From Dethiobacteria bacterium (GTDB taxonomy: Bacteria > Bacillota > Dethiobacteria > DTU022 > UBA8154), in the NCBI GenBank assembly GCA_050948785.1, contig JBMNEM010000002.1, positions 193,721-257,720 of the forward strand: a stretch of 64,000 bases of DNA, given 5' to 3'. The position numbers were made by a program, and so were the translations under genes. Shown here piece after piece: positions 1-9,904 of the stretch. A model generated the notes under the pieces. The model searched no databases, was not told where the DNA came from, and saw nothing but the letters and a program-made list of their open reading frames with translations. How positions within the stretch are numbered: the first letter of the stretch is position 1; every line of letters starts with the position of its first letter.

Positions 1-1437
1 ATCTTGAAATGGCCGTCCAGCCCCTTGGTCGGCTCATCGAGCAGCAGGATTTGCGGCTCCCGCAGCAGCACCTTGGCCAGGGCGGCACGCTGCTGCTCCC
101 CGCCGCTCAAATCATACGGGTGCATTTTTAGCAGCCCGTCAAGCTCAGTCAGCGCACAAACATCCTGCACCTTTTGCCTTTTTTCCTCTTGGGAAAGCCG
201 TGTGCCCGCCAATATCTCGTATAAATCAAGCTCCACCGTTTTTTTAACAAAGAGGAGCTGCGGATTCTGGGGCAGCATGGCGATCCTGTTTAACACCTGT
301 TCCCGCGCATTCGCCGCGCTTGCTTTTAAAATATCCTGGCCGAGGATACGCACCCGCCCGCGGTAAGGCCTCAGGATACCGCCGATAATGGAAAGGGCGG
401 TGGTTTTTCCGGTTCCGTTGCCGCCGACAATGCCGTAAAATTGTCCCGCAGCCACTTCCAGCGACAAATCCTTCACCGCGTCGGGCAGGTCCCGGTCATA
501 TTTGAACCAGATCTCCTGCAACTGGATGTCGGGCGGCCGCTTGGTGTTTGGCCGCGGAGCAGGCTCCTGGCAGCACTGAGCAGCGGGCGCTTCGTGGGCC
601 CTTGCGTTGATAGGCAAAGCGTTGAGCCATTGACGCCCGTCCTGCACGGTAATCGGGCAGGGCAGATCACTATTCACGCCTGCATAGATCTGGACAGGCG
701 AGGGCATGGCGAGAAACAGATCATGTCTCATCTCCTTTAATCGCTCCCCAGCCCGCCGGGGCGTATCATCAATGATGATCTCACCCTCGTCCATTACCAC
801 CACACGGTCGGACATGGGCAGGACTTCCTCCAGCCGGTGCTCGGTCATGATGATCGTCGTGCCCAGTTCACGGTTGATCTTTTTGACTGTTCCCAGAAAA
901 TCCGCCGCGGCGATGGGGTCGAGCTGGCCTGTCGGCTCGTCGAGCACCAGGACGGAGGGTTGCATGGCCATGATGGACGCCAGGTTTAAGAGCTGTTTCT
1001 GCCCGCCGGAGAGCTCCGCAACATTCTTTCTAAACCAGGTCTGGATGCCGAAAAAACTAGCCATTTCAGCCACGCGCAAGCGGATGGTTTTATTGTCCAT
1101 CCCTAAGGATTCAAGCCCAAAGGCCAGCTCATGCCACACCTTATCGGTAACAATCTGATTGTCCGGATTTTGCAGAACAAAGCCTATACTCGCGGCCTGC
1201 GTGCGCCGGTCGCTTTCGGCCAGTGGCCTGCCCTGAAAAAATATCTCACCCTGAGTTTTCCCATGGGGTGTCAGCACTGTTTTGAGATGACGCAAAAGTG
1301 TGCTCTTACCACTGCCCGACTTCCCGCAGACGGTGATAAATTCGCCCTGCTTCACAGTAAGATTGATCTTCTTGAGCGCCGGCTTTTCCCGCAGCGGATA
1401 GGTAAAGCTTAAAGCCCTGATCTGATATGCTTCCATT
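1..1437 (-). CDS. ABC transporter ATP-binding protein with two tandem ATPase domains (fused ECF EcfA1-EcfA2 / CbiO-like); C-terminus runs off the window edge
   Basis: Minus-strand reading frame open from 1437 (ATG, MEAYQIRALSFTYP...) to position 1. It shows two Walker A motifs (GKSGSGKST and GGNGTGKTT), LSGGQ signatures and Walker B DEPT. It is not in the ORF track because it runs off the edge. Its start overlaps the EcfT stop. Confidence 0.8.
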
Positions 1438-2299
1438 TGAGCTCCTCCGCTAGATCGATAATAACCGGCATCAGACATAGGGCGAGATAGGCGCAGTATA
1501 CGCCGAAACTAAAGGCATCTGGCGGCGGCAGCTTAAGAGACGGGAAAAAACGCATCGTGTTGTATCCCGCTGCCGCGCCCGCGAGTATGATCACCACAAG
1601 CAGCAGCATTGCCCCAAAGACAGTTTGGTCCCGCCGGTCAAACCGGAAAATGGAAAAACTGGTGCGCCCCGGCAACCCGTAGCCCCTCGATTTCATGGAG
1701 TCGGCCGTCTCTATGGCGTTTTCCAGCGCCCAGGTCGTCATTATGGAAAGAATTTGCAAGCCGTTTCTCGCCCGCTCGAAAATATTCCCGTTTGTTACGT
1801 TCCTGCCGATGCCCTGCTGGGCAGTGGAGATGACCTGAATCTGCGCCCTGTACCTGGGAACAAAGCGCAGCACCATGGACAAAACCAGCGACAGCGCGGG
1901 GATAATCCTGCCAAACAAATAAACGAATTTATCCGCAGTCATGACGGCGTTGTAGCAGGAAAACCACAAAATGACGGCCATGAACATAGCGGCCGCCGCC
2001 AGGCCGTAAAGGATGGATTCAAGGGTAACGGGATTGCCGTTTTTCAGGTAAAACAAGATGGTCACGCCAGCGTGGTTAAAAGCGGGATTGATGACTGCCA
2101 TGAGCAGCATGCAGGGCAGCAGGTATAAAAGGTTGAACCTGATAATTTTTTTCCCCTTGAGCAGGGTAGAATACAAAAAAGAACAGGTGAGGGAAACACC
2201 CAAAAATACCGGGTGCATGAAGAACATGGAAAACAGCAGCACCGCGGTGAAATATGTGAAATTTACAACAGGGTGAAAGGTGGAAAATGCATCTTTCAT
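1409..2299 (-). CDS. ecfT: Energy-coupling factor transporter transmembrane component EcfT (CbiQ family)
   Basis: 296 aa polytopic membrane protein with the conserved EcfT C-terminal region (ARxxRG-like ...SRGYGLPGRTSF). It sits immediately upstream of the fused EcfA-A' gene. Confidence 0.8.
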   Translation of the reverse strand: MKDAFSTFHPVVNFTYFTAVLLFSMFFMHPVFLGVSLTCSFLYSTLLKGKKIIRFNLLYLLPCMLLMAVINPAFNHAGVTILFYLKNGNPVTLESILYGLAAAAMFMAVILWFSCYNAVMTADKFVYLFGRIIPALSLVLSMVLRFVPRYRAQIQVISTAQQGIGRNVTNGNIFERARNGLQILSIMTTWALENAIETADSMKSRGYGLPGRTSFSIFRFDRRDQTVFGAMLLLVVIILAGAAAGYNTMRFFPSLKLPPPDAFSFGVYCAYLALCLMPVIIDLAEELKWKHIRSGL

Positions 2300-2301
2300 C
2301 G

Positions 2302-3144
2302 TCAGCTTCCTCCCAGCCCTTCTGCATCCAGATCGCAGCTATACACCCACTCGACCATATCGCCGTCCTGCAGCAGGTAGCAGCTGCAGCCGTAGTTGGG
2401 AGACCAACCGTTCACCTTGTACGTCCAGCCCGACAGCTCCCCGCAATCAAATTCATAGATATTGTTGATGCCCTCAATGTAATGGGAGCTGTGGAGAGGC
2501 GTCAAGACAAATTCCAGATGTATTTTATGCTTTTTCATCTCCCGCTGCAGCACATTAAAAACCGATTCGCCCTCATAAAAAACAACGTTTTGGCAGGGGT
2601 AGATTACACCATCCGGCGGCAGCACCTCCAGCTTATCCTGGTTAAAGCGGTCCATATGAGCAAAGATATCATCACAGCGGACCGTTAAGCTGCAGGTCAG
2701 CTGGGATGCGGTGTCTACGGTCACCTCCTGCCAGGCGGCCGGCGCTGGTTTCCCTTCAGGCGCCGGGTTACTTTGCTGTTGGCTCCCCTCTGTCTTTGGG
2801 GTTGCATCTGCATGATTTACGGCGTTTTTTGCAGCCTCCCTTTCCGTTGTTTCACTTTTGGAGCTGCCGCCGTTAAAAACACCAGGTTCGCCCTGCATCC
2901 CGGTTTCCCTTCCAGCCGGCTGTTCCCCTGTTTCTGCGTCGGGATCCGTACCCGGGGGATACATTTCATTAGTAACAGGGGGCAAGTCTTCCCCGGGCTT
3001 TGTAATCCCTGTTCCGGCAGGCGGGTTCTGCCCCGGTTCAGCAGCTTTTTCGCAATAGTTACCCCCATAAAACCAGGCCGCGGCGAGAACACAAACGACT
3101 ACGGCTGCCACGATTATTTTATTTTTTGAAAGCTTTATCTTCAA
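2302..3144 (-). CDS. DUF4430-domain protein (transcobalamin beta-domain-like, putative cobalamin-binding), N-terminal membrane anchor, low-complexity Pro/Glu/Thr linker
   Basis: C-terminal GWTYKVNGWSPNYGCSCYLLQDGDMVEWVY motif typical of DUF4430. N-terminal hydrophobic segment. It lies between the SLH protein and ecfT in a riboswitch-controlled operon. Confidence 0.65.
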   Translation of the reverse strand: MKIKLSKNKIIVAAVVVCVLAAAWFYGGNYCEKAAEPGQNPPAGTGITKPGEDLPPVTNEMYPPGTDPDAETGEQPAGRETGMQGEPGVFNGGSSKSETTEREAAKNAVNHADATPKTEGSQQQSNPAPEGKPAPAAWQEVTVDTASQLTCSLTVRCDDIFAHMDRFNQDKLEVLPPDGVIYPCQNVVFYEGESVFNVLQREMKKHKIHLEFVLTPLHSSHYIEGINNIYEFDCGELSGWTYKVNGWSPNYGCSCYLLQDGDMVEWVYSCDLDAEGLGGS

Positions 3145-3174
3145 TGCACATCCCGTCCTTCATAATGCAAGACA

Positions 3175-4818
3175 CTAGCCGAGCGCCGCTTTTTGCAGCA
3201 TTCGATAAACCATGGCGGCGATCTCCGCGCGGGTGATAGCTTCCTGCGGTTTAATTTGCAAAACCTCTGCAGAAAGTATCGCCTGCTGATAGCAAAAGGC
3301 CAAGGGCTCTCCGGCCCAGGCGGAACAAGAAGTATAATCGGGAAACTGCGCCAGCAGATCGCGAATTTCTGTGGCAGTGGGGGCCGTATGCAGGCCGCAA
3401 AGCCTTGCCGCCTGGGCAACCATTACCGCCGCCTGTTCACGGGTAATGGTGCCCCCCGGTGTAAAAGTAGTCTCCGAGGTGCCGTGCACGATCCCATAAG
3501 CATGGGCCGTTGCGACAGCATCTGCATACCAGCTCGTTGCAGCCACATCGGCAAAAACAGCACCCCCTGCCGGAGCAAGCCCCAGTGCCCGCACGACGAG
3601 TGCAGCAAACTCTGCCCGCGTCATGGTGCGTCCGGGCTCAAAGAAAAGGTCGCTGACCCCGCTGATTATACCGCGGGCCGCCAGCGCTTCAATAGCCGCC
3701 TGCTCTTTTAGCCCCTTGATATCTGCAAAGGTTTTACCGGGATTGCAAACCGGGCGGGCTGTCACTGCAGGATCCTTCCCGGGCAGCCCTGCTGCAGCTG
3801 CATTTTGTTCCACAGCAGAAACCTGCACATCGCTCATCTCATAAAAGCCGGTCTTCCCTTTGAGAAAACGATCATAAGCAACCAGGCCGCAAAAAGCCTG
3901 TTCCGTAGCCATAGCGTCCGGCTCCGACTGGGTCAGGATATGTTTGAAACCTCCCCCCGGCACAAAATAGTGCAGCAAATGATCGACAACAGTGTTGCCG
4001 TTCTTAATAAAACGGGCGTCGGCAACAGGATCAATGCCCAGTGCAGTCAGGGCAATAAGCACCTGCGTAACACCTTCCACATTGGCCGCCTCCCAGTAGC
4101 TGGTATAACTGCCATCGCTATTTTGAAGCCTGGAAAGGCAGGTAAGCGCCCGCTCGATCACCTTTTTAATTTCAGCCCGTTCCTGATAGGGTGCCAGTGC
4201 CTGCAGCGCCATCGCCGTAACATCCGCATCACCTGTCCTGCCGCCCAGCGAAAACCCCCCGTCAGCAAGCTGTAGTTCAGTAATAGCCCCGAGCAGCCGC
4301 TCACGCACAACCTGTATCTGCTCACCGGCATGGTCCGGAAAAACATGATGCCACGCATCGAAGGCCAACAGGGCAAAAAGGGGGCCGTTAATACCCTGCA
4401 GGAAGACGTTATCAAAGTCGCCCAGCCTGGCCAGCAGATCATATCCTCCCACATCCGCAGGATTTTTGCCGATAGCAGTCAGAGCTAAGATAGCGCGAGA
4501 GTATTCCGTATATTTATTACCAGGCAGAACGCCCTGATTTTTTACAATTTCATCTTCCAGGGACTGATAATACGCCGTATACCAGCCCGCCGGCACCTTA
4601 AGCCCGGACCGTGCCAGACCGATTAGCGCCCATTCACCGCCAACAGAACCAACCCGGGGACTTTGCACTTTTTTTAACAGATAAGCGCCGGTATCCTTTA
4701 GAGCCTTTTCCAGCGTAACCGGAGCCGCAGCAGCCGGTGCTGCCAAAACGGGAAAACTACTGCTAAGAAAGAGGCAAAGCGTCAGCAGAACTACCAAAAT
4801 ATTTTTAGCCCTGTTCAT
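3175..4818 (-). CDS. S-layer-homology (SLH) surface protein with prenyltransferase/squalene-cyclase-like alpha/alpha-barrel repeats
   Basis: Signal peptide (MNRAKNILVVLLTLCLFLSSSFPVLAAPA), repeated QxxDGGF/QNSDGSY-type alpha-barrel motifs, and C-terminal SLH repeats (FADIKG...AAIEALAARGIISG; FADVAATSWYADAV). Confidence 0.75.
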   Translation of the reverse strand: MNRAKNILVVLLTLCLFLSSSFPVLAAPAAAAPVTLEKALKDTGAYLLKKVQSPRVGSVGGEWALIGLARSGLKVPAGWYTAYYQSLEDEIVKNQGVLPGNKYTEYSRAILALTAIGKNPADVGGYDLLARLGDFDNVFLQGINGPLFALLAFDAWHHVFPDHAGEQIQVVRERLLGAITELQLADGGFSLGGRTGDADVTAMALQALAPYQERAEIKKVIERALTCLSRLQNSDGSYTSYWEAANVEGVTQVLIALTALGIDPVADARFIKNGNTVVDHLLHYFVPGGGFKHILTQSEPDAMATEQAFCGLVAYDRFLKGKTGFYEMSDVQVSAVEQNAAAAGLPGKDPAVTARPVCNPGKTFADIKGLKEQAAIEALAARGIISGVSDLFFEPGRTMTRAEFAALVVRALGLAPAGGAVFADVAATSWYADAVATAHAYGIVHGTSETTFTPGGTITREQAAVMVAQAARLCGLHTAPTATEIRDLLAQFPDYTSCSAWAGEPLAFCYQQAILSAEVLQIKPQEAITRAEIAAMVYRMLQKAALG

Positions 4819-4879
4819 TTAACCACCCTTTCAGAACATCCGACTTGTCATTTTCTTTTTTGAATCAACGTTCTCGCGC

Positions 4880-5032
4880 CTAGAGCTTGATCGACTGCGT
4901 CACCTTTTCCACCCTGACCGGCTGCCCTTCCTGCACCATGATTTTCAGCCTGCCAAAATCGGTGCTGCGTATAATTTCAATGACCTTTTTTTCCTTTGAG
5001 CTTAACCCCGTACCCGTTATCTGTTCATCCAT
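4880..5032 (-). CDS. Small DUF2292/YezD-like protein (50 aa), not in the ORF track
   Basis: Minus-strand ATG at 5032 preceded by GGAGGGAGG. It translates to MDEQITGTGLSSKEKKVIEIIRSTDFGRLKIMVQEGQPVRVEKVTQSIKL. It is a paralogue of the 5560-5716 product (shared ...GQPVRVE...SIKL) and lies between riboswitch 1 and the SLH gene. Confidence 0.55.
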   Translation of the reverse strand: MDEQITGTGLSSKEKKVIEIIRSTDFGRLKIMVQEGQPVRVEKVTQSIKL

Positions 5033-5167
5033 GGCCTCCCTCCTCACACCGTCTTTATTTCACAGACCGGGCCGGCCTGCAGTCCACAAAAGTTTTACCT
5101 CCCATGATCTGTTTGTGTAGGTGTAACATCATTAATATCATTGTTCTATCGACAAATAACAACATAT

Positions 5168-5212
5168 AAAAAACCCCGGCTTTTCCATGCAAAGCGGGGC
5201 TTTTTGCTGTAA
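5168..5212 (-). terminator. Intrinsic terminator/attenuator hairpin of riboswitch 1 expression platform (also terminator-like on the plus strand)
   Basis: On the minus strand: GCCCCGCTTTGCATGGAAAAGCCGGGG followed by TTTTTTATATG. The homologous element at 9820-9862 follows riboswitch 2. Confidence 0.45.
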
Positions 5213-5244
5213 AAGAAATCACTTTCTTAAACAGACAATATCCA

Positions 5245-5435
5245 ATTCACATACACCTTTGCACGGAAGGCTTGTGGAAAACATTTACCGGGCAGGTCTC
5301 CTGGCTTGCAGCTCATCACTTGCTTTCACCTTCCCGAAGAGGCTCTCCAGTGGCATATAATGAAAGTAAATTCCCTGCTTACAGTGGCCGGACCACCCGG
5401 GATTTTCACCCGGTTCCCTTTCAACCCGATTTGGC
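5245..5435 (-). promoter_or_regulatory. Cobalamin (AdoCbl) riboswitch 1
   Basis: The reverse complement contains AAAGGGAACCGGGTGAAAATCCCGG ... GCCACTGTAAGC ... ATGCCACTGGAGAG ... GGGAAGGTGA ... AGCCAGGAGACCTGCC, i.e. the GGTGAAAATCC core plus the B12 box GCCACTG. It is upstream of DUF2292 gene 1 and the SLH/DUF4430/ECF operon. Confidence 0.8.
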
Positions 5436-5559
5436 ATCGGATCTACCCTGATAAAACCTTTATTCAATTTTTTAAATTAAACTTCAACCTTATTTAAAAA
5501 ACGGAAACACTATTCCAGTTTAAAATTGGAATAGCGCCTCCGTTGTTCGGTCAGCACCT

Positions 5560-5716
5560 TTAAAGCTTAATTGACTTTTTGATTTCTTCAACCCGTACAG
5601 GCTGCCGATCTTCTACCGCAATAACCATTTCACCATAACTGATTCCGCGCAGAATCCGGATAAACTTTCTTTCCCTGGGGGTTAATTCATCATTAAAGCC
5701 GTTATTCACTGTTTTG
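5560..5716 (-). CDS. Small DUF2292/YezD-like protein (about 52 aa; TTG start after AGAGAGGTG). The longer 5560-5811 ORF overlaps the riboswitch and is probably over-extended.
   Basis: C-terminal region ...FIRILRGISYGEMVIAVEDRQPVRVEEIKKSIKL is paralogous to the 4880-5032 product. Riboswitch 3 lies directly upstream. Confidence 0.5.
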
Positions 5717-5724
5717 CTTACAGC

Positions 5725-5905
5725 CAAGTTAAACACCTCTCTATTTCCCGTAGAGTTTCTGGTGCAAAAAACAGGCAGGCTTTCTGGCTTCGGGTCATCG
5801 CTCTCCCCCACCTTCCCGGTTTCCCAGTGGCATTCCGGGGGAAACTTCCCCTTTTACAGCGGCGGAACCGCGCGGGATTTTCACCCGCTTTCCTTTTACC
5901 GGCAT
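5725..5905 (-). promoter_or_regulatory. Cobalamin riboswitch 3
   Basis: The reverse complement contains GGTGAAAATCCCGCGCGGTTCCGCCGCTGTAAAAGGGGAAG...AATGCCACTGGGAAACCGGGAAGGTGG...AAGCCAGAAAGCCTGCC. No separate terminator is present, so control probably acts at translation. Confidence 0.75.
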
Positions 5906-6093
5906 GGACTATATTCCAGTGCATACTCCTGACCGGCACCTGTTTATGAAATAATCTTCAATTAAGAACATAATATCCCAACAGCCCCCTCTTGTCAATA
6001 ACCGGTTCTCCCCCATCTAAAAGCCTTTGGGGCTGCCCTTGTATTAAAGAGCAGCCCTTTAGCTGTGTCAGCATATCTGTATAGGCGGAAAAA

Positions 6094-9000
6094 CTACTCC
6101 AAGGGGGAAAGCCGGTAAAGCATCACCGCCGCCTGGGCACGGTTGGCATTTTGCAAGGGGGCAAAAGTGCCATCTCCCATGCCGGTTATAATCCCCTGAA
6201 TTGTGCAAAGGCCAACACCGTCTTTTGCCCACACTGCAATCTCATCCCTATCGCTGAAAATCCCCAGTTCCTGTGCAGCAGCTCCCTCAGATCCTTCCGG
6301 GCGGAGAACCCTGCCGATAATCGCAGCCATCTCCTGCCGGGTGATTGAACTTTCCGGATCGAATACCGTTGCGCTTCTGCCGCTGAGGATGCCATGATGG
6401 TATGCCCGGGCCACAGCTTCGTAATACCAGCTATTTACATGAACATCGGTAAAAGGCAGCTCCATCCCCGTATCATTGTAACCCAGCAAACGGGTAACCA
6501 AGGCGGCGAATTCTGCACGGGTAATCCGGGCACCGGGCTCAAAAACCCCTTCCCCCCGGCCGCTGATAATCCCCGCGGCGGAAAGTACCCCGATGGCCTC
6601 CCTGGCCCATTCATAGCCCTGCAAGTCGGTAAAAGGTATTTTAGTTTCTTTTTCCTGAGACTGCATGACAGTATAGAAGCTTAGGTGGTCTGTGAAGAAA
6701 GCAAATGTCTGCGTTTCCGGATCGTACTCCCCGCCCAGGCCGATAGGCACCAGAAGGCCCTCACCGTCATTTTCCAGTCGCACTCCTGTTAACCAGGCGC
6801 TTTGTTCCGGAGACAGCTTACCTAAGTGGGAAAAGTCTATAGTTATTTTTATCGGTTTGCTATATTTATCAAGTTCTTTTCCAGTGTTCCGCTCCTCCTG
6901 GGCGGTGTCAACCACCGTCAGGGTTATCTCATAAATCCCGCTTCCAACACCGACAAACCCGGCAGTTCCCTCCGGCACGTCTTTGGAAAGGATCTCCTGC
7001 TGTTTGTTGGCAGCGAGTTCCTGGACAAACACCTCTATCTGCGAATTATCGGCGGCGGTTAGCCGGGCAAATTCCTCGGTTAACAAAGCACCGCCGGCCA
7101 GTTCAACCTTAATACCCTTGTTTTCTAGCACGATCGCATGTTCTTCATTAACATTTTTAAGAAAATCCGGTGAAAAAAGCACTTTCCCGTCGGCCTTTTC
7201 CTCAAGGCTGAGCTTGGCTACGCCTGTTTGCTGCAGGTTTTCCTGCAAGGCCCGGTCATCAGCTGAAGAAGGTTGGAAGGTTTCCTTTGTTGCCCCCCCA
7301 CCGCCTCCTCCGCTACTACTCCATCCTTCCGAACCTTCCTCTTTTGTAAAATCATCAGTATAATAAAAAACCACGGCATCGCCTTGTTTCAACAAATATT
7401 CGTTTAGAGCCAGCGTAGTATGTTTACCATTGACCTTGTACATCCAACCACTAAGGGGGCCTTTGTCAAGTTCGTTAAGCCATTCCCCACTGGGCGCTTT
7501 GATGCCACTGACATAGCTGTCGTAAGACGCCCTGTATTCCATGCCTTTTTCAGATAGCACTTTGTCAAACATATCAAAGACCGTAGCCCCCTGCGGCATC
7601 TCCACACTGGTAGTTGGTATCCAGGTCTGCCCGCTATCACCGGTGAGTTTGAAGGTGACGGTAATATTACTTTCCTCGCTAGAGCCACCTGTACCTTCAT
7701 AGGTTACCGCTACGGTTGTATCTGCAGTTATGGTGAAGGTATATTTGTTATCCTCCAGGTCTGCTTTCTTGTCTTCACCGTTGACGGTAAAGGTGGCTAC
7801 CTGCTTGCCTGCCGGAGCTGTTACCGTTATCGTTACTGCAGTGTTCTCTTCAATTTCTCCAGCATCAGAAGTTGATGTTAATCCTTCGCCTGTTAAGGTT
7901 AAAGTGTAAGTAGCCGGTTCCGCTGTTTCGATCTTTAGTATAAACTCTTCGCTGGCAGCATCCCCCCCCAGGGCAGCAGCCCCGGCCTGGATGCTGATCT
8001 CGCCAACTGCAGCGGTACCTGTAAAAGCGACGGTCACCTTTTGAGCAGCGTCTTTGGTGATTTCCTCAACAGAAAGCCCGGTTTCTCCGGTATCAATTGT
8101 CCAGTTGTCCAGATCTTTTGTTTCTGCCGGATCTGCATATTCATCACCAACCAGGTTTATTTCAACCCGGGGATCTACCTCGCCGACGTCAATAACCGCT
8201 TCGCTAGAAAGTACAGGCCACCTGCTGTAGTAGAAGAACACCTCATCATTTTCTTGAACAATATAGTCGGCAGCACCAACGTCAGGGGAAACCCCGTTTA
8301 CTGTGTACGTCCAACCGTCCCAGCCGCCAAAAGCACCATTTTCCTCACCTGCAATAGAGTTGACCAAAATACCCCAATCAAAATACTGCAATTCATAGGG
8401 AATCCCCTTGGCATCCAAGCCCTGCTCCAGAACATCAAGGGCCGTCGGCTGATCGCCGGTGGTCAGCACTTCAACTTCTGCAGTAGGAAAAATTGTTTCC
8501 GTCTTTCCTTCCACCGTTAACTTCACAACTACCTTTTGGGGCTCGGCAAACTGTATCTGGCCCATTCTATGCCTTGTGGATTCACCATGTTTTAAATCTG
8601 CCAGGGCCAAAAGGGCCTGCACGGTGCTCATTTTTACCCCACCGGCAGTACCCTCTTTATACCAAAAACTGCCGTCCTCCTGCTGGTATTTTAGCAGGAC
8701 GTCAAGCACTGTTTGGCCATCTTTTACCCATCGCCCTTCCGGGTTCAGCACATCTTCTCCCACAGCAACTAATCCGGAGATAACTGCAGCGTTGGAATTA
8801 CAGTTTTCCTCTCCCCACATGCCCTCCAAAGCAAAACCGGCGTTGTCCTGCTGCTTACTATGCAGGAAGTCAATGGCTTTTCCAATTGCTTCCTGTGCAT
8901 TGGATTTTTTCTGGTGGTTGGATAAAGCCGTCAGCGCCCAGCCCGTATAGTCCAACTGGCTGAAGGCTCCAAAGCTGCCATCATCGTTTTGCTGGTTGAT

Positions 9001-9564
9001 CAGGTGCGTTATAGCCATCAGCTGACATTGAGTATTACCCCAGCCATCCACAACACCAAGTTCTTCGCCCACATCCAAAAGTACTATGGCCCAGATATGC
9101 TTTCCCAGGTCGCCAAATGCGCCGTCTGGTGGAATCTGGGGAGGACGCCGCTGCTGATCCGCCAGTTCTGCAAAAAGGTTCCTGCCGTTCCATATGTCGG
9201 CAGGGTTTTTCCCCACTGCCAGCAGCTTGAAAATGTAATAAATGTGCTCGTTTCCTGTTGTATTCGCTGCAAACCCGGGATCGTTCTCCCGCCACCCCTG
9301 GCCAGTCCCCCACGGTGCTTCATTTAAATCCTCACCAACGCCCCAAAGCGCCGGCAAACCTTCCCAGGAGTCGGGTGAAGGGTGGTTCGTTTGATACCAA
9401 GCGACTGCATTTGCTATCGATGCCTCCAAATCTGCTCCTGTTTCAACACCGCCACTGCCGGCCATAACAGGCAATGGACCTATTATAGAAAAGATCATGA
9501 ACAGGCTTAAAAAATATACCGGCCATTTTTTCAACACGCTTCGCTTTAATAACAACCTTAACAA
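6094..9564 (-). CDS. Large S-layer-anchored surface protein: signal peptide, prenyltransferase-like alpha-barrel domain, two DUF4430 domains, Ig-like/Thr-rich repeats, three C-terminal SLH domains
   Basis: 1156 aa. DUF4430 motifs GWTYTVNGVSPDVGAADYIVQENDEVFFYY and SGWMYKVNGKHTTLALNEYLLKQGDAVVFYY. SLH repeats at the C-terminus (FTDLQGYEWAREAIGVLSAAGIISG etc.). Preceded by riboswitch 2. Confidence 0.8.
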   Translation of the reverse strand: MLRLLLKRSVLKKWPVYFLSLFMIFSIIGPLPVMAGSGGVETGADLEASIANAVAWYQTNHPSPDSWEGLPALWGVGEDLNEAPWGTGQGWRENDPGFAANTTGNEHIYYIFKLLAVGKNPADIWNGRNLFAELADQQRRPPQIPPDGAFGDLGKHIWAIVLLDVGEELGVVDGWGNTQCQLMAITHLINQQNDDGSFGAFSQLDYTGWALTALSNHQKKSNAQEAIGKAIDFLHSKQQDNAGFALEGMWGEENCNSNAAVISGLVAVGEDVLNPEGRWVKDGQTVLDVLLKYQQEDGSFWYKEGTAGGVKMSTVQALLALADLKHGESTRHRMGQIQFAEPQKVVVKLTVEGKTETIFPTAEVEVLTTGDQPTALDVLEQGLDAKGIPYELQYFDWGILVNSIAGEENGAFGGWDGWTYTVNGVSPDVGAADYIVQENDEVFFYYSRWPVLSSEAVIDVGEVDPRVEINLVGDEYADPAETKDLDNWTIDTGETGLSVEEITKDAAQKVTVAFTGTAAVGEISIQAGAAALGGDAASEEFILKIETAEPATYTLTLTGEGLTSTSDAGEIEENTAVTITVTAPAGKQVATFTVNGEDKKADLEDNKYTFTITADTTVAVTYEGTGGSSEESNITVTFKLTGDSGQTWIPTTSVEMPQGATVFDMFDKVLSEKGMEYRASYDSYVSGIKAPSGEWLNELDKGPLSGWMYKVNGKHTTLALNEYLLKQGDAVVFYYTDDFTKEEGSEGWSSSGGGGGGATKETFQPSSADDRALQENLQQTGVAKLSLEEKADGKVLFSPDFLKNVNEEHAIVLENKGIKVELAGGALLTEEFARLTAADNSQIEVFVQELAANKQQEILSKDVPEGTAGFVGVGSGIYEITLTVVDTAQEERNTGKELDKYSKPIKITIDFSHLGKLSPEQSAWLTGVRLENDGEGLLVPIGLGGEYDPETQTFAFFTDHLSFYTVMQSQEKETKIPFTDLQGYEWAREAIGVLSAAGIISGRGEGVFEPGARITRAEFAALVTRLLGYNDTGMELPFTDVHVNSWYYEAVARAYHHGILSGRSATVFDPESSITRQEMAAIIGRVLRPEGSEGAAAQELGIFSDRDEIAVWAKDGVGLCTIQGIITGMGDGTFAPLQNANRAQAAVMLYRLSPLE

Positions 9565-9904
9565 GAAAATCTCCTCCCTTTGGTTTCTGCTTTCCTGTTT
9601 TCAAAACGTTTCCTTAAAATACTTTTTATAAGGCTGAAAATTTACTGGGTTACATCTCCCCTTCCCCTTTGTTTGATCGTTAGCCGGCCTCCCCTCAACC
9701 GCCTACTACCCACCTTTTGGCGTTATGATTAGGACGGTTTTTCTACAGCACAAACCTTAATTTTTGTTGTTTGTAATCAACCCCCTGGCCATCACTTATG
9801 ACAGCTCTAAAAGACGCTACAAAGCCCCGGCTTCCATGCACAGCCGGGGCTTTTATGCTGCAATAAAAGAATTGGCCTTTTAAACAGGCATTTTTCCAGC
9901 TCAC

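Noticed and set aside
4-1158. Plus-strand ORFs 4-366, 441-740 and 706-1158 with low-complexity Ser/Arg-rich translations
   Set aside because: They are shadow frames antisense to the well-supported minus-strand fused EcfA-A' ATPase.
5285-5497. ORFs 5285-5467(-), 5306-5497(+), 5714-5932(+), 5718-5939(-) and 9913-10149(+)
   Set aside because: They overlap the riboswitch aptamers and are frame artefacts of structured RNA. The real small genes are 4880-5032 and 5560-5716.
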